Positions 19,360 through 28,524 of a stretch of DNA of 64,000 nt are shown one piece after another. Position 1 is the first letter of the stretch, and each line of letters begins with the position of its first letter. The notes under the pieces are model-generated. The model saw nothing but the letters and a program-made list of their open reading frames with translations. It was not told the origin of the DNA and searched no databases. Source of the DNA: Spirochaetes bacterium GWB1_60_80 (GTDB lineage: Bacteria > Spirochaetota > Spirochaetia > Treponematales > UBA12059); the NCBI GenBank assembly GCA_001829185.1, contig MIAR01000032.1:306414-370413 (forward strand), in the 5' to 3' direction. The position numbers and the translations under genes were made by a program.

Positions 19360-19545
19360 TCAAGGCTCTCCTGTGCGGAGCGGTCCTGGTCGACTTAGAG
19401 GGAAGCCGGTGCGAGTCCGGCGCATGCCAGCCGTTGCTGTAAGCGGGGACGAAGGTCGCATTATGCCACTGTCCGTTATGGATGGGAAGGCGCGGCCGGA
19501 GAATGATCCGCAAGCCAGAAGACCTGCCGGACTACAGAGTTTCTG
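19360..19545 (+). promoter_or_regulatory. cobalamin (AdoCbl) riboswitch in the cobT leader
   Basis: GGGAAGCCGGTGCGAGTCCGGCGC core, B12-box GCCACTG, GGGAAGGCG and GATCCGCAAGCCAGAAGACCTGCC, all matching conserved cobalamin-riboswitch segments, about 180 nt upstream of cobT. Confidence 0.8.
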
Positions 19546-19719
19546 TCACATACCTGCCGCTGGAAGCAGCCCGATCGTCCACAAGCGACTGATACGGGTG
19601 AACTGTCTTCGGGCGGCTTTTTCGTCGGTTGGACTTTTCTCCCTGTCTTTTGCCTGTCTGGGTTGTCCTGCCTGGCTGTTAGATGGCTCGGCGTGGAATT
19701 GCCCGAAAGGTTTCCTTCC

Positions 19720-20805
19720 ATGACTGATTCCCGAAACGCCACCCCGGCCACCGCTCAACTACCCCGGTTGCCGGCCATTCCGCCGCTTGATCCAGCGCTG
19801 CGCCAAGCCGCCCAGTCGCTCATCGACAACAAGACCAAGCCGCTGGGCGCGCTTGGTCGCCTGGAGGATTTGGCCGTGCGGCTGTGCGTCATGCAGGGCA
19901 GCCTCAAACCGGTTACGGCCGGTAAGCTGATGCTGGTGTTCGCCGGCGACCATGGCTTGGTAGAGGAAGGCGTCTCGGCCTTCCCGCAGGAAGTGACCGT
20001 CCAAATGCTGCACAATTTTTCCGCTGGCGGGGCGGCCATTAACGTGCTCTGCCGCCAGTTTAACATTGACTTGCAGGTGGTGGATGCCGGCGTCAAGGGT
20101 GACGTCTCCAGCCTGGCTGGCATTATCGGCCGCAAGGTCCGGGCCGGCACCCGGAACGCCGCCAAGGAAGCCGCCATGAGCGCCGACGAGTGCCGACAGG
20201 CGTTGGAAGCGGGCATGGCCGTTTTCAAGGAGTTAGCCGTCCGACAGCCGGTACAGCTGCTCGGGCTCGGCGAGATGGGCATTGGCAACACTTCGTCGGC
20301 CGCCCTGCTCATCGCCGGCCTGACCGGTTCCCCGCTGGATGGTCTGGTGGGTCGCGGTACCGGCCTGGACGACAGTCAGCTGGATCACAAGACCGCAGTA
20401 CTCCGCCGGGTGATGGACTTCCATCAGCTGGCCGGCCGCGACCCCTTCGACATCCTCTGCCGGGTAGGCGGCTTCGAGATTGCCGGGATGGCCGGAGCGG
20501 CTATCGCCGCTGCCGCCGCCCGGGTGCCAGTGGTGCTGGACGGCGTTATTTCCACCGCCGCTGGCCTGGTCGCGGCTGCCTTGTTGCCTGCGGTGCGTGA
20601 TTATATGATTATCGGCCACCGCTCGGTGGAAGGGGCGCAAGCCAGGGCCGCGGCCAGCCTGCGGATTGAGCCGCTCCTAGATCTGGGCATGAGGCTGGGC
20701 GAGGGCACCGGCGCGGCCCTGGCCATGAACCTGTTGGAGACGGCTGGTCGCATTGTCAACCAGATGGCTTCCTTCGCCGACGCTGGCGTCAGCGAAAGGC
20801 TTTGA
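19720..20805 (+). CDS. cobT: nicotinate-nucleotide--dimethylbenzimidazole phosphoribosyltransferase
   Basis: LGRLEDLAV, VFAGDHGLVEEGVSAFPQEVT and GEMGIGNTSSAA, the hallmark CobT blocks. Start taken at MTDSRN (19720). Confidence 0.85.
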   Translation: MTDSRNATPATAQLPRLPAIPPLDPALRQAAQSLIDNKTKPLGALGRLEDLAVRLCVMQGSLKPVTAGKLMLVFAGDHGLVEEGVSAFPQEVTVQMLHNFSAGGAAINVLCRQFNIDLQVVDAGVKGDVSSLAGIIGRKVRAGTRNAAKEAAMSADECRQALEAGMAVFKELAVRQPVQLLGLGEMGIGNTSSAALLIAGLTGSPLDGLVGRGTGLDDSQLDHKTAVLRRVMDFHQLAGRDPFDILCRVGGFEIAGMAGAAIAAAAARVPVVLDGVISTAAGLVAAALLPAVRDYMIIGHRSVEGAQARAAASLRIEPLLDLGMRLGEGTGAALAMNLLETAGRIVNQMASFADAGVSERL

Positions 20806-20960
20806 GCGATTCTTGGCCGGTTGTCCGCCGGCCAGGAATCGGGTTGGCGACCTTCGATCCTGCGCGGTCGTCGGCCAATTCCTCCGCCAATTCCTTATTG
20901 ACAACTCGGCTTTCCGGCCTGACAATAAAAGGTGCGCGCAAACGGTTCTGAGGGGGCAAC

Positions 20961-22589
20961 ATGGAAGTGAATTCCCAGTCCGGGCAATTGACCGGTAAAT
21001 TGCTGGAAGGTATCTCCCGTTTCAAGGAAATTTATCGCGATCTATCCGACCAACTGTGGGCCTTGTCGATGGAATCCGGCCTGACCGCCGATTTTTTTAG
21101 CGAGAACATCAAGTCCAATACCCAGAATGGCCTGGCCTTGCAGTCCATGACCCGCGAATTCAGCGCACTTAAAGCCAGCGCCGACAGCATTACCGGCGCG
21201 GCAGCCCAGGCCAACGCCCAAATCGCGACCGCGGAAACCGCCTCGCGGGCTTCGCTGGACGCCATTGCCGTCGGTGGTCAAGCCCTTCTGGCCATGGACC
21301 GCAGCTACAGCGAGTTCGCGGTACTGTTTCACCGCATTACCGAGGCCGTCGACAAGATTCAATTAACCCTGCGCGCCATCGACGAAATTTCCGAGCTTAC
21401 CAATCTGTTGTCCCTGAACGCCGCCATCGAAGCCGCCCGGGCTGGCATTCATGGCAAGGGCTTCAAGGTTGTGGCTAACGAGGTAAAAAGCCTGGCCGAG
21501 AAGAGCCGCGGCCTGACCGACCAGGCTACCCAGTTGCTGAAGGAGTTATCCGGCAGCATGGGCGGCACCACGGCCAGCCTCAAGGCTTTTGACGGTGGTA
21601 AGACAATATTGACGGCCAAGCTGGCCGCCGCCAAGCAGGATCAGCTGGAAAGCACCACGGCCATGACCGCCGTCGGCCAGAGTATGGGCAGCATCAGCGG
21701 CGCCCTACAGGACCAGGCCGGCAGCATCCAGCACCTGTCCGACACGATGTCGCAGTTGACCCGAGCCGTCAGCCTGCTGGTCAACTCCACCGAACTGATT
21801 ACCAGCAACTTGGACCGCCAGAAGAAAAGCTCGCAGGCCGTTCTGGCCAACGGTAGCCGGCTCAAGTCAGCCATTACGGAAATGCTGCTACTCGGCCGGG
21901 GGGTGCAGGGCGACGAGGCCGATCAGAAGGTTCTTTCCATTGGACACGATGTGTCGTATCCGCCGTGGGTCTATATCCAGGGCGGCCATTCGGCTGGTAT
22001 GACCATCGAGGCTGCCCGCTATGTTAGCCAACAGCTGGACTTGTTGCCGGAATTCAAGCCGGGCCAGTTCGCGGACGTCCTCGACGACTTGCTAGCCGGT
22101 AAGGTTCGCATGTTGGCCAATGTCGGCTGGCCGAACGCCTTTTTCGCCGACAAGCCAGTGGTGGCCAGTTCGCCGTTCGCGCACTTCAAGCCGGCCATTT
22201 TCGCCCATGCCCAGGATACCGATCGCTTCAAATCCTACGCCGACTTGGCAGGCAAGCGCGTCGCCGTGCAGCGAGCTTCCTATGTGGCCGATTGCCTGCA
22301 GAACGCCAGCTGCGAACGAGTCTACGCCGACAATGACCTGGAAGCCTTCGCCGCCCTGATCTGGCAGCGGGCTGATTGCGCCATCACCGAAGAAAAGGTT
22401 GGCGCTTACCTGTCTAAACAGTTTTTCTCCGGCAAAATTGTCCATTGCTTCTCGACCGGGCACACCTTAGACGTGGTATTCCTGTTCCTGAAGGCCAACC
22501 AAGAGCTGGCCAGAACCTTCGATACCTGCTTGCAGGCGGCCGATACCCGGGTCTGGCTGGAGCGTTTACTGGCCAAACCGGTCAACTGA
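20961..22589 (+). CDS. methyl-accepting chemotaxis protein (soluble) with C-terminal periplasmic-binding-protein-like (SBP_bac_3-like) domain
   Basis: Central MCP signalling domain ([33 protein letters not shown]). No TM segment. The C-terminal ~230 aa resemble amino-acid/solute-binding proteins. Confidence 0.75.
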   Translation: MEVNSQSGQLTGKLLEGISRFKEIYRDLSDQLWALSMESGLTADFFSENIKSNTQNGLALQSMTREFSALKASADSITGAAAQANAQIATAETASRASLDAIAVGGQALLAMDRSYSEFAVLFHRITEAVDKIQLTLRAIDEISELTNLLSLNAAIEAARAGIHGKGFKVVANEVKSLAEKSRGLTDQATQLLKELSGSMGGTTASLKAFDGGKTILTAKLAAAKQDQLESTTAMTAVGQSMGSISGALQDQAGSIQHLSDTMSQLTRAVSLLVNSTELITSNLDRQKKSSQAVLANGSRLKSAITEMLLLGRGVQGDEADQKVLSIGHDVSYPPWVYIQGGHSAGMTIEAARYVSQQLDLLPEFKPGQFADVLDDLLAGKVRMLANVGWPNAFFADKPVVASSPFAHFKPAIFAHAQDTDRFKSYADLAGKRVAVQRASYVADCLQNASCERVYADNDLEAFAALIWQRADCAITEEKVGAYLSKQFFSGKIVHCFSTGHTLDVVFLFLKANQELARTFDTCLQAADTRVWLERLLAKPVN

Positions 22590-22616
22590 CGCGCTTCTTC
22601 GGTCCAGCGCCATCCG

Positions 22617-23879
22617 TCAGCCATTGAAGAAGACGTCGAGCACCAATTCGGCGGCGCCGCGTTGTGCCAGCACTGGATCGTAGGCTTGGGCGTAGATAGC
22701 GGCTTGCTCGGCGTCGAAATGGGAAGCGTAGTCGCGGTTCAGGGAATGTACTCGCTGGCCGACTGCCTCGGCCAGGTTCAGCGATTCAGCCACAAACAGG
22801 ACGGTGTGTGGATTGTACAGTCGGGCGACGGTGCGTAAGGCCGCAGCCAGATACGAGGCCGCCTGGTCGAGTATTAGCTTGGCGCTTGGCGTTTCAGCCA
22901 CGCTACTGCGGCTCGGGGCGGCAGCGCGGGCTGAGTCTATGCTCACCGGTACGCCGGTTCCGGCCGCGGAGGCAGACGGGACATCCGCTGGTAGCAGGCC
23001 GGAGAATAGCCAGTCGCGCTGGCTGGTCTGCCGGTCGTGTAACTCGGTCAATAGCGCCTCGAGGCAACCCTTGGAGCCACAGGGACAGCGCGGGCCATCG
23101 GCTTGAATGGCGATGTGGCCGCTCTCGATGGTGGTTGCGCGCGCCGTGGTGAAGATCGAGTCACCAATGATGAAAGCGCCATTGACGCCCGCCCGTAAAA
23201 GGAACATGAAAAGCGAATTCTGGGGTTGGCGCAGGCTGTAGCGGCATTCGGCCAGGGCCAAGACGGCGCAATTGTTGCTGAGGGTGACGGGCAGCTTGAG
23301 GAGCGCTTCCAGCTCGGCGGCGATCGGGAAGGCGGTCATATCCTTGATGCGTGAATAAAAAGATACTTCGCGGGTTATGACGTTTACCTGGCCGGGAGCG
23401 CCGACACCGACGCCGAGGATCTTTTCACGCTTGATCTTGAGCCTGCGGATGGCGGCGGTAATTTGCTCGGCAATCAGGTCGGTTACCTGGACGGCGGTCA
23501 GCGATTGATCCAGCGCTTTAGTTTCCGACAGCAGCGCCTCACCGCAGAGGTCGAACACGCCCATAGTAAGGCTTTCCGCCCAGAAATCGAGGCCTATCAT
23601 GTACAGGGCGTTGGGCTTGATACGATAGGCGGTCGGTCGCCGCCCCTTGCGCTCGATTTTCTCGCTGGCCTCGCCCTTGCTGAGCACCGGTTCAATCAGG
23701 CCAAGGTTTTCCAGCCGGGTGTAGATACGAAAGACGGTGGGAGCCTTTAACCCCGTTTTCTGAACCACCTCGGACTGGGACGACCCGGTATTCAGACTGT
23801 CGCGAATGAAGCGTAGGACTATTTTTTCGTTGCGTTCCCGGATGTCATCGCCGCGCAGCGGCATAGAATTCGTTCTCAT
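22617..23879 (-). CDS. ROK family transcriptional regulator (N-terminal wHTH + sugar-kinase-like domain)
   Basis: The HTH region reads IYTRLENLGLIEP. ROK zinc motif CPCGSKGCLEA. Glycine-rich ATP-site-like LGVGVGAPG. Confidence 0.8.
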   Translation of the reverse strand: MRTNSMPLRGDDIRERNEKIVLRFIRDSLNTGSSQSEVVQKTGLKAPTVFRIYTRLENLGLIEPVLSKGEASEKIERKGRRPTAYRIKPNALYMIGLDFWAESLTMGVFDLCGEALLSETKALDQSLTAVQVTDLIAEQITAAIRRLKIKREKILGVGVGAPGQVNVITREVSFYSRIKDMTAFPIAAELEALLKLPVTLSNNCAVLALAECRYSLRQPQNSLFMFLLRAGVNGAFIIGDSIFTTARATTIESGHIAIQADGPRCPCGSKGCLEALLTELHDRQTSQRDWLFSGLLPADVPSASAAGTGVPVSIDSARAAAPSRSSVAETPSAKLILDQAASYLAAALRTVARLYNPHTVLFVAESLNLAEAVGQRVHSLNRDYASHFDAEQAAIYAQAYDPVLAQRGAAELVLDVFFNG

Positions 23880-24017
23880 GTTCCATATATTAGGTGAAAT
23901 GGTAGCATCTGTAAACCATCTTTGATGATGATACTAATAAATTACTTTCTCCGTGAAAATTTGTTGACAGATTACCGTTTTTAGATTCAAATGGTAGCAG
24001 TATCAAGGAGCTGCCAT

Positions 24018-25118
24018 ATGAACAAGCTGTTACACGGAATGGGCCTGCTATTAATCGCCCTACTCGCTTTGACTATCCTGCCCGCTCAAGAGGGCCGCCT
24101 GGCGCCGGATGTCGGACTTGATGGCATCGGCCTGTGGGATCTCGGACTCTACGGTGGCCTCAAAGGGCTCGAACTGGTGCCCGACGTCGATAGCCGCGCC
24201 TTGCTCTACCTGCGTGGTGGCTATGTGGAGGACTACTATTATCGCGACACGGCCGGCCTTATGGACCTGGCGGCCGACAATACCGATTTCAATAAATGGT
24301 ACCTGGTAGCTAGGCTGGGCCTCGAACTCGGTCTGGTGCACGATGCCATACTGGGCAAGAACAGTCTCTTTGGCCGGATTTTCGTACGCTCGTTGCTGGC
24401 TGAGCATATATTCGGCGACCTGGTCGATCCACTGCTACTCGACAGCGGCTTGCCCGACATGGCCAACGCTTGGGAAACCAGCTTGTTTGCCGGCTTATTC
24501 CTGGATCAAGTAGGATTCAATCCCTGGTTGCAGTCCAACCATGGCTACGCCCTGGAGGGGTCGGTGGAATGGACGCCCGGTCTGACCTTCAACCAGCTTA
24601 ACGGCGCCGTTGACTATCTGCGCGCTAATTTTACCGGCAAGCTCTATGTACCCCTTTTTGAGAACGATCAATTGGGGCTCTACCTGATGGACCGCGTTAT
24701 GGCGGACGGTCTTTTCGGCGCTGCCATCCCCGGCCTGGCCCGTCGCCGGATGGGTGGCTTTTGGCAAACGGCCGCTCCGGGCGGCGTGGTGCGCGGGACG
24801 GACAATGGCCGCTACGATACCTATCTCAAGCTGGTCAACAACCTCGAGCTGCGTTTCCATTTCCTGCCGCTCTTCGCCACCGCTGACCAGCCGGAGGCGC
24901 GCATTTTGGTACCCGAACTCTTCGCTTTCTGCGACGCGGCCGCCCTGGACGACCTGGATTATCAATTCGGTACGGTACTGGTCAGCGCTGGCGGCGGACT
25001 TATTCTTAATCTACGCTTTATCGGTATAAAATTTGATTTAGGCTACTACGTGGCCTATAATTTCCTGGAAGGAAGCTTCAGCGCCTTTAACCTGGTGCTA
25101 GGCGGGCATCACTTCTGA
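24018..25118 (+). CDS. secreted/outer-membrane protein (signal peptide, C-terminal Phe), function unknown
   Basis: Signal peptide MNKLLHGMGLLLIALLALTILPAQEG. Ends ...GGHHF with an aromatic C-terminus, as in beta-barrel OMPs. Divergent from the ROK regulator via an AT-rich intergenic region with repeated aaatggtagca motifs. Confidence 0.55.
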   Translation: MNKLLHGMGLLLIALLALTILPAQEGRLAPDVGLDGIGLWDLGLYGGLKGLELVPDVDSRALLYLRGGYVEDYYYRDTAGLMDLAADNTDFNKWYLVARLGLELGLVHDAILGKNSLFGRIFVRSLLAEHIFGDLVDPLLLDSGLPDMANAWETSLFAGLFLDQVGFNPWLQSNHGYALEGSVEWTPGLTFNQLNGAVDYLRANFTGKLYVPLFENDQLGLYLMDRVMADGLFGAAIPGLARRRMGGFWQTAAPGGVVRGTDNGRYDTYLKLVNNLELRFHFLPLFATADQPEARILVPELFAFCDAAALDDLDYQFGTVLVSAGGGLILNLRFIGIKFDLGYYVAYNFLEGSFSAFNLVLGGHHF

Positions 25119-25175
25119 CCTTGGTGTTGTTTGGCGTCGAGCTGGATCCAGCGAAGGCTTCCTCGGGGAGGCTCC

Positions 25176-26519
25176 ATGGGCAAGCAGCAGCGGCTCTGGC
25201 TGCGACAGGAATTACCCCGGCTGACGCAAGCCGGGGTAATTGATGAACTCAACGCCGCCCGGCTCGATGCTTGGTGCGCGGCCGACGACAAAGGCGAATA
25301 CTCCAACAAACTGCTGACTACCTTTGCCACCTTGGGCGCCGGGCTGATTGTGCTCGGCGTCTTGTTGTTGCTGGCCTTCAACTGGTCGGAACTGCCGCGG
25401 GCACTGCGCCTGTTATTGGCTCTAACGCCCCTGGCGACGATGCAGGCGCTGGGCGCTTACACCTTAATTCGCAAGCGTTTCTCGCCGGTATGGCGTGAGG
25501 CCGTATCAACTGGCCTAGTGCTGGCCATTGGCGCTGCCTTGGCCCTGGTCAGCCAGATCTACCAGTTGCCGGGTGATATCGACCGCTTCCTGTTGGTGTG
25601 GGCAGCGCTGGCTCTGCCGCTGCTTTATCTGTTCGAGGCGGTCGCAGGCTGTCTTTTGTACCTGACCGCCATCACCGTCTGGGCTATGATCCGGCAGCTG
25701 GAAGGCGGCCAAGCCGTGTTTTTCTGGATCATGTTCCTGTTGGTCCTGCCACGCCTGGTGTTGGCCGTCCGAAAAGCGCCAGCGGCCATGGGCAGCCTGG
25801 CCCTGCTCTGGATGTTCATTATCGACCTGGCCATCTGCCTGGGCTTGACCCTGGAAAAGGTCATGCCTGGCCTTTGGATGCTGGAATACGCCGCCTTCTT
25901 TGCCGCCTTGTATTTGGCTGGTAGTTTCTGGTTCGACCGTGGCTTGAGCGCGCCGCGCAACCCACTGCGGACTAGCGGCTTTCTAGGCACCTGGATACTG
26001 ACCTTTCTGCTGACCTACAGTTGGCCTTGGGAAGAAATAGGCTGGTACAATCTGCGTACCGATCCGAACTTCATTCCGTCTGCCGCCGTGGTCGACTACG
26101 TGGTGCTAGCCGTTATCGTCCTATCTTTTTTAGCCTTACTGGTGCTGGGCTTCCGACAAAAGCGCTTCCGGGCGTTGCCAACGGCCTTTTTGCCTCTCCT
26201 GCTGTGGCCGGCCTACTATCTGGTGGCAGGCCATCCTGGCAGAGATTTTTTCCAGGTGTTCGTCCATCTGGGACTGAACCTGGCCATTTTGGCCGTGGCG
26301 GTGTATTACATCCTGGATGGCTATGGCCGTCGCCAAATGGCTCAGATCAACGGCGGCATTCTGTTGCTGGTCACCCAGATAGCGCTGCGTTTCATTTTCG
26401 TGGAAGGCTTCTTCGAGCACTTGCTGGTACGCGGCTTCATTTTCATCGCTATCGGGGCGGCGTTCTTGGCTGGTAACGCGCTTTTGGTGTGGCGCTTCCG
26501 GAAGGAGCAGGCATCATGA
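25176..26519 (+). CDS. DUF2157-type integral membrane protein (likely fused DUF2157/DUF4401)
   Basis: Soluble N-terminus, then about 10 TM helices. Typical partner of the downstream GDYXXLXY protein. RBS ggggagg before the ATG at 25176. Confidence 0.6.
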   Translation: MGKQQRLWLRQELPRLTQAGVIDELNAARLDAWCAADDKGEYSNKLLTTFATLGAGLIVLGVLLLLAFNWSELPRALRLLLALTPLATMQALGAYTLIRKRFSPVWREAVSTGLVLAIGAALALVSQIYQLPGDIDRFLLVWAALALPLLYLFEAVAGCLLYLTAITVWAMIRQLEGGQAVFFWIMFLLVLPRLVLAVRKAPAAMGSLALLWMFIIDLAICLGLTLEKVMPGLWMLEYAAFFAALYLAGSFWFDRGLSAPRNPLRTSGFLGTWILTFLLTYSWPWEEIGWYNLRTDPNFIPSAAVVDYVVLAVIVLSFLALLVLGFRQKRFRALPTAFLPLLLWPAYYLVAGHPGRDFFQVFVHLGLNLAILAVAVYYILDGYGRRQMAQINGGILLLVTQIALRFIFVEGFFEHLLVRGFIFIAIGAAFLAGNALLVWRFRKEQAS

Positions 26520-27058
26520 ACCGTGACAAGCGAGCGCGGCTGGTAGTGCTGATTGTTTTCGGGTTGGTGGCAGCGGCCCAGCTGGCAGTGCCGCTGGCCT
26601 TGATCGGGCGCGAGGAGGCCAACCTGCGCGGTGGCGAGCTATGGCGTTTCCGGATAGTACCCTTCGATCCGTACGACGCCTTCCGCGGCCGCTATCTGCA
26701 GTTTCAAATGCTTGACATCGACCTTTTGGCCCTTCCAGCCGTCGAGTATGCCCCTTTCGAAGAAGGCGACGAGTTGTGCGGCCTCCTCGCTCTCGATGAC
26801 CGAGGCTTTGGATTCCTACGGGCAGTGTTGCCCTGGGAAGAGCGGTCGGAGGGTGAAGCCTGTCTGAAACTACAGTACCTGGGTGATGGCATGGTGCAGC
26901 CTCCCTTCGACCGCTACTATATCAACCAGGCTCGGGCCAAGGCTATAGACCAGGCATTTTCAAGTAGTTGGGACACGACTTGCTGGATAGAGGTCAGATT
27001 ATCTGATGGGCGTGGGACGATACAGAATTTTTGGATAAATGACGAACCGGTCGACTAG
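26516..27058 (+). CDS. GDYXXLXY-family protein
   Basis: N-terminal TM. RFRIVPFDPYDAFRGRYLQF resembles the signature region of GDYXXLXY proteins. ATGA overlap with the upstream gene. Confidence 0.55.
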   Translation: MNRDKRARLVVLIVFGLVAAAQLAVPLALIGREEANLRGGELWRFRIVPFDPYDAFRGRYLQFQMLDIDLLALPAVEYAPFEEGDELCGLLALDDRGFGFLRAVLPWEERSEGEACLKLQYLGDGMVQPPFDRYYINQARAKAIDQAFSSSWDTTCWIEVRLSDGRGTIQNFWINDEPVD

Positions 27059-27079
27059 GCCTGGTTCACCGGAATGGCT

Positions 27080-27451
27080 TTAGTCGAGATCGGTGGCCGG
27101 AACGGCCAGCGAGGCGCGCGACAGTTCGCGGTAGACCGAGTCGGCCAGGCCAAAGCCGGAAGCCTTGGTCATGTCGCGAGCCCGCTCCTGGTAGAGCATG
27201 TCCTCGAAGATATCCTCGGCATTACCGCCGTTCATCAGCTCGCCCTTATGGACGGTGGCGCGCATTTCCTTGAGCATCATCTGGACGAAGAGCGACTCGA
27301 ACTCTTGGCACTGGGCATACAGGGGCGAGTTGCGGTTGACCGGCTCGTTGGGAATGACGTGGACCCCGCTGCCTTGCAGCGCGGCCTGGCGGGCCACGGG
27401 TGTCTGCAGGGGGCGGTTATTGTAGGCCAGCATGGCATTGTCGATATTCAT
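27080..27451 (-). CDS. flagellar rod-binding protein (FlgJ N-terminal-domain-like)
   Basis: Conserved FESLFVQMMLKEMR and GG..EDIFEDMLYQE motifs of rod-binding proteins. Located immediately downstream of flgG. Confidence 0.7.
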   Translation of the reverse strand: MNIDNAMLAYNNRPLQTPVARQAALQGSGVHVIPNEPVNRNSPLYAQCQEFESLFVQMMLKEMRATVHKGELMNGGNAEDIFEDMLYQERARDMTKASGFGLADSVYRELSRASLAVPATDLD

Positions 27452-27477
27452 GATTCCCCCCGGGGGACTGTCCCCCG

Positions 27478-28272
27478 TTAGCGTTTCAGATTGGTAGCGG
27501 TGGCCAGCATGTTATCCGAGGTCTGGATGGCCTTGGAATTGAACTCGTAGGCGCGCTGGGCCACGATCATGGCTACCATCTCGCGCACCACGGCTACGTT
27601 GGACATTTCCAGGAACTTGTGGATGGTCTTGCCCATGCCGTCGAAGCCAGGCCGTCCGGGGATAGGCTCACCGGAGGCGTTGCTGAGTTTAAACAAGTTC
27701 TCGCCGATGGAGGACAGGCCCACCGGGTTGGGGAAGCGGTACAGCTCCAGCTGGCCGACGTCGATGGCGTCGTCTACGCCCGGAATCTTGACGGTGATGC
27801 GCCCGTCCTGACTGATCGACAGAGTCTCCGGGATGAAGTTTTCGGGCAAAATCACCTCGGGCATCAGCTTGTAGCCGTTGCTGGTGACTATCTGGCCGTT
27901 GGCGTCGATCTTGAAGGCGCCGTCGCGGGTGTAGCCGAAGGAGCCATCGTACATCAGGATGCGGAAAAAGCCGTCGCCCGCTATGGCGATGTCCGAAATA
28001 TTCTCGGTATTCTGTAGGTTGCCCTGGGTAAACTGGTGTTGGGTTGCGGCCAGCTTGACGCCGTGTCCCATTTGGATTGGCACCGGCACGACTGTATCCT
28101 CGGTCGCCGGGGTGCCGGCGACGCGCACGGTCTGGTAGATGAGGTCCTCGAAGTCGGCCCGCATACGCTTGTAGCCGGTGGTATTGACGTTAGCCAGGTT
28201 GTTGGAAATCGTGTCGATGCTGGCCTGTTGACCAATCATGCCGCTGGCGGCGGTCCATAAGCTGCGTACCAT
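27478..28272 (-). CDS. flgG: flagellar basal-body rod protein FlgG
   Basis: N-terminal MVRSLWTAASGM...ISNNLANVNTTGYK and C-terminal VVREMVAMIVAQRAYE, the Flg rod signatures. Start set to the internal ATG 28272. Confidence 0.9.
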   Translation of the reverse strand: MVRSLWTAASGMIGQQASIDTISNNLANVNTTGYKRMRADFEDLIYQTVRVAGTPATEDTVVPVPIQMGHGVKLAATQHQFTQGNLQNTENISDIAIAGDGFFRILMYDGSFGYTRDGAFKIDANGQIVTSNGYKLMPEVILPENFIPETLSISQDGRITVKIPGVDDAIDVGQLELYRFPNPVGLSSIGENLFKLSNASGEPIPGRPGFDGMGKTIHKFLEMSNVAVVREMVAMIVAQRAYEFNSKAIQTSDNMLATATNLKR

Positions 28273-28524
28273 GTCGTGCTCCTGACGCGCCGGTCGGGTA
28301 TACCCGCTGTCCGGCAGAACTGCTCTCTTGATCATCGGCTGGATGCAGGGCCGGGTTTAGCAGGCACTTGCCAAAGTGGCGGCTTTTTTGTCGCCTGGCG
28401 ACTAGGGTGGCCGCGGCCTTTGCCCCTCGGCTCGGCCACCGCTGCGGCGTGTCCGCTGCCCGGTTTTCTGGCTGGCCGGATTGCCCGGAGGCTGGTCATC
28501 GGCTATACTGGAGCGCGGAGCCAC

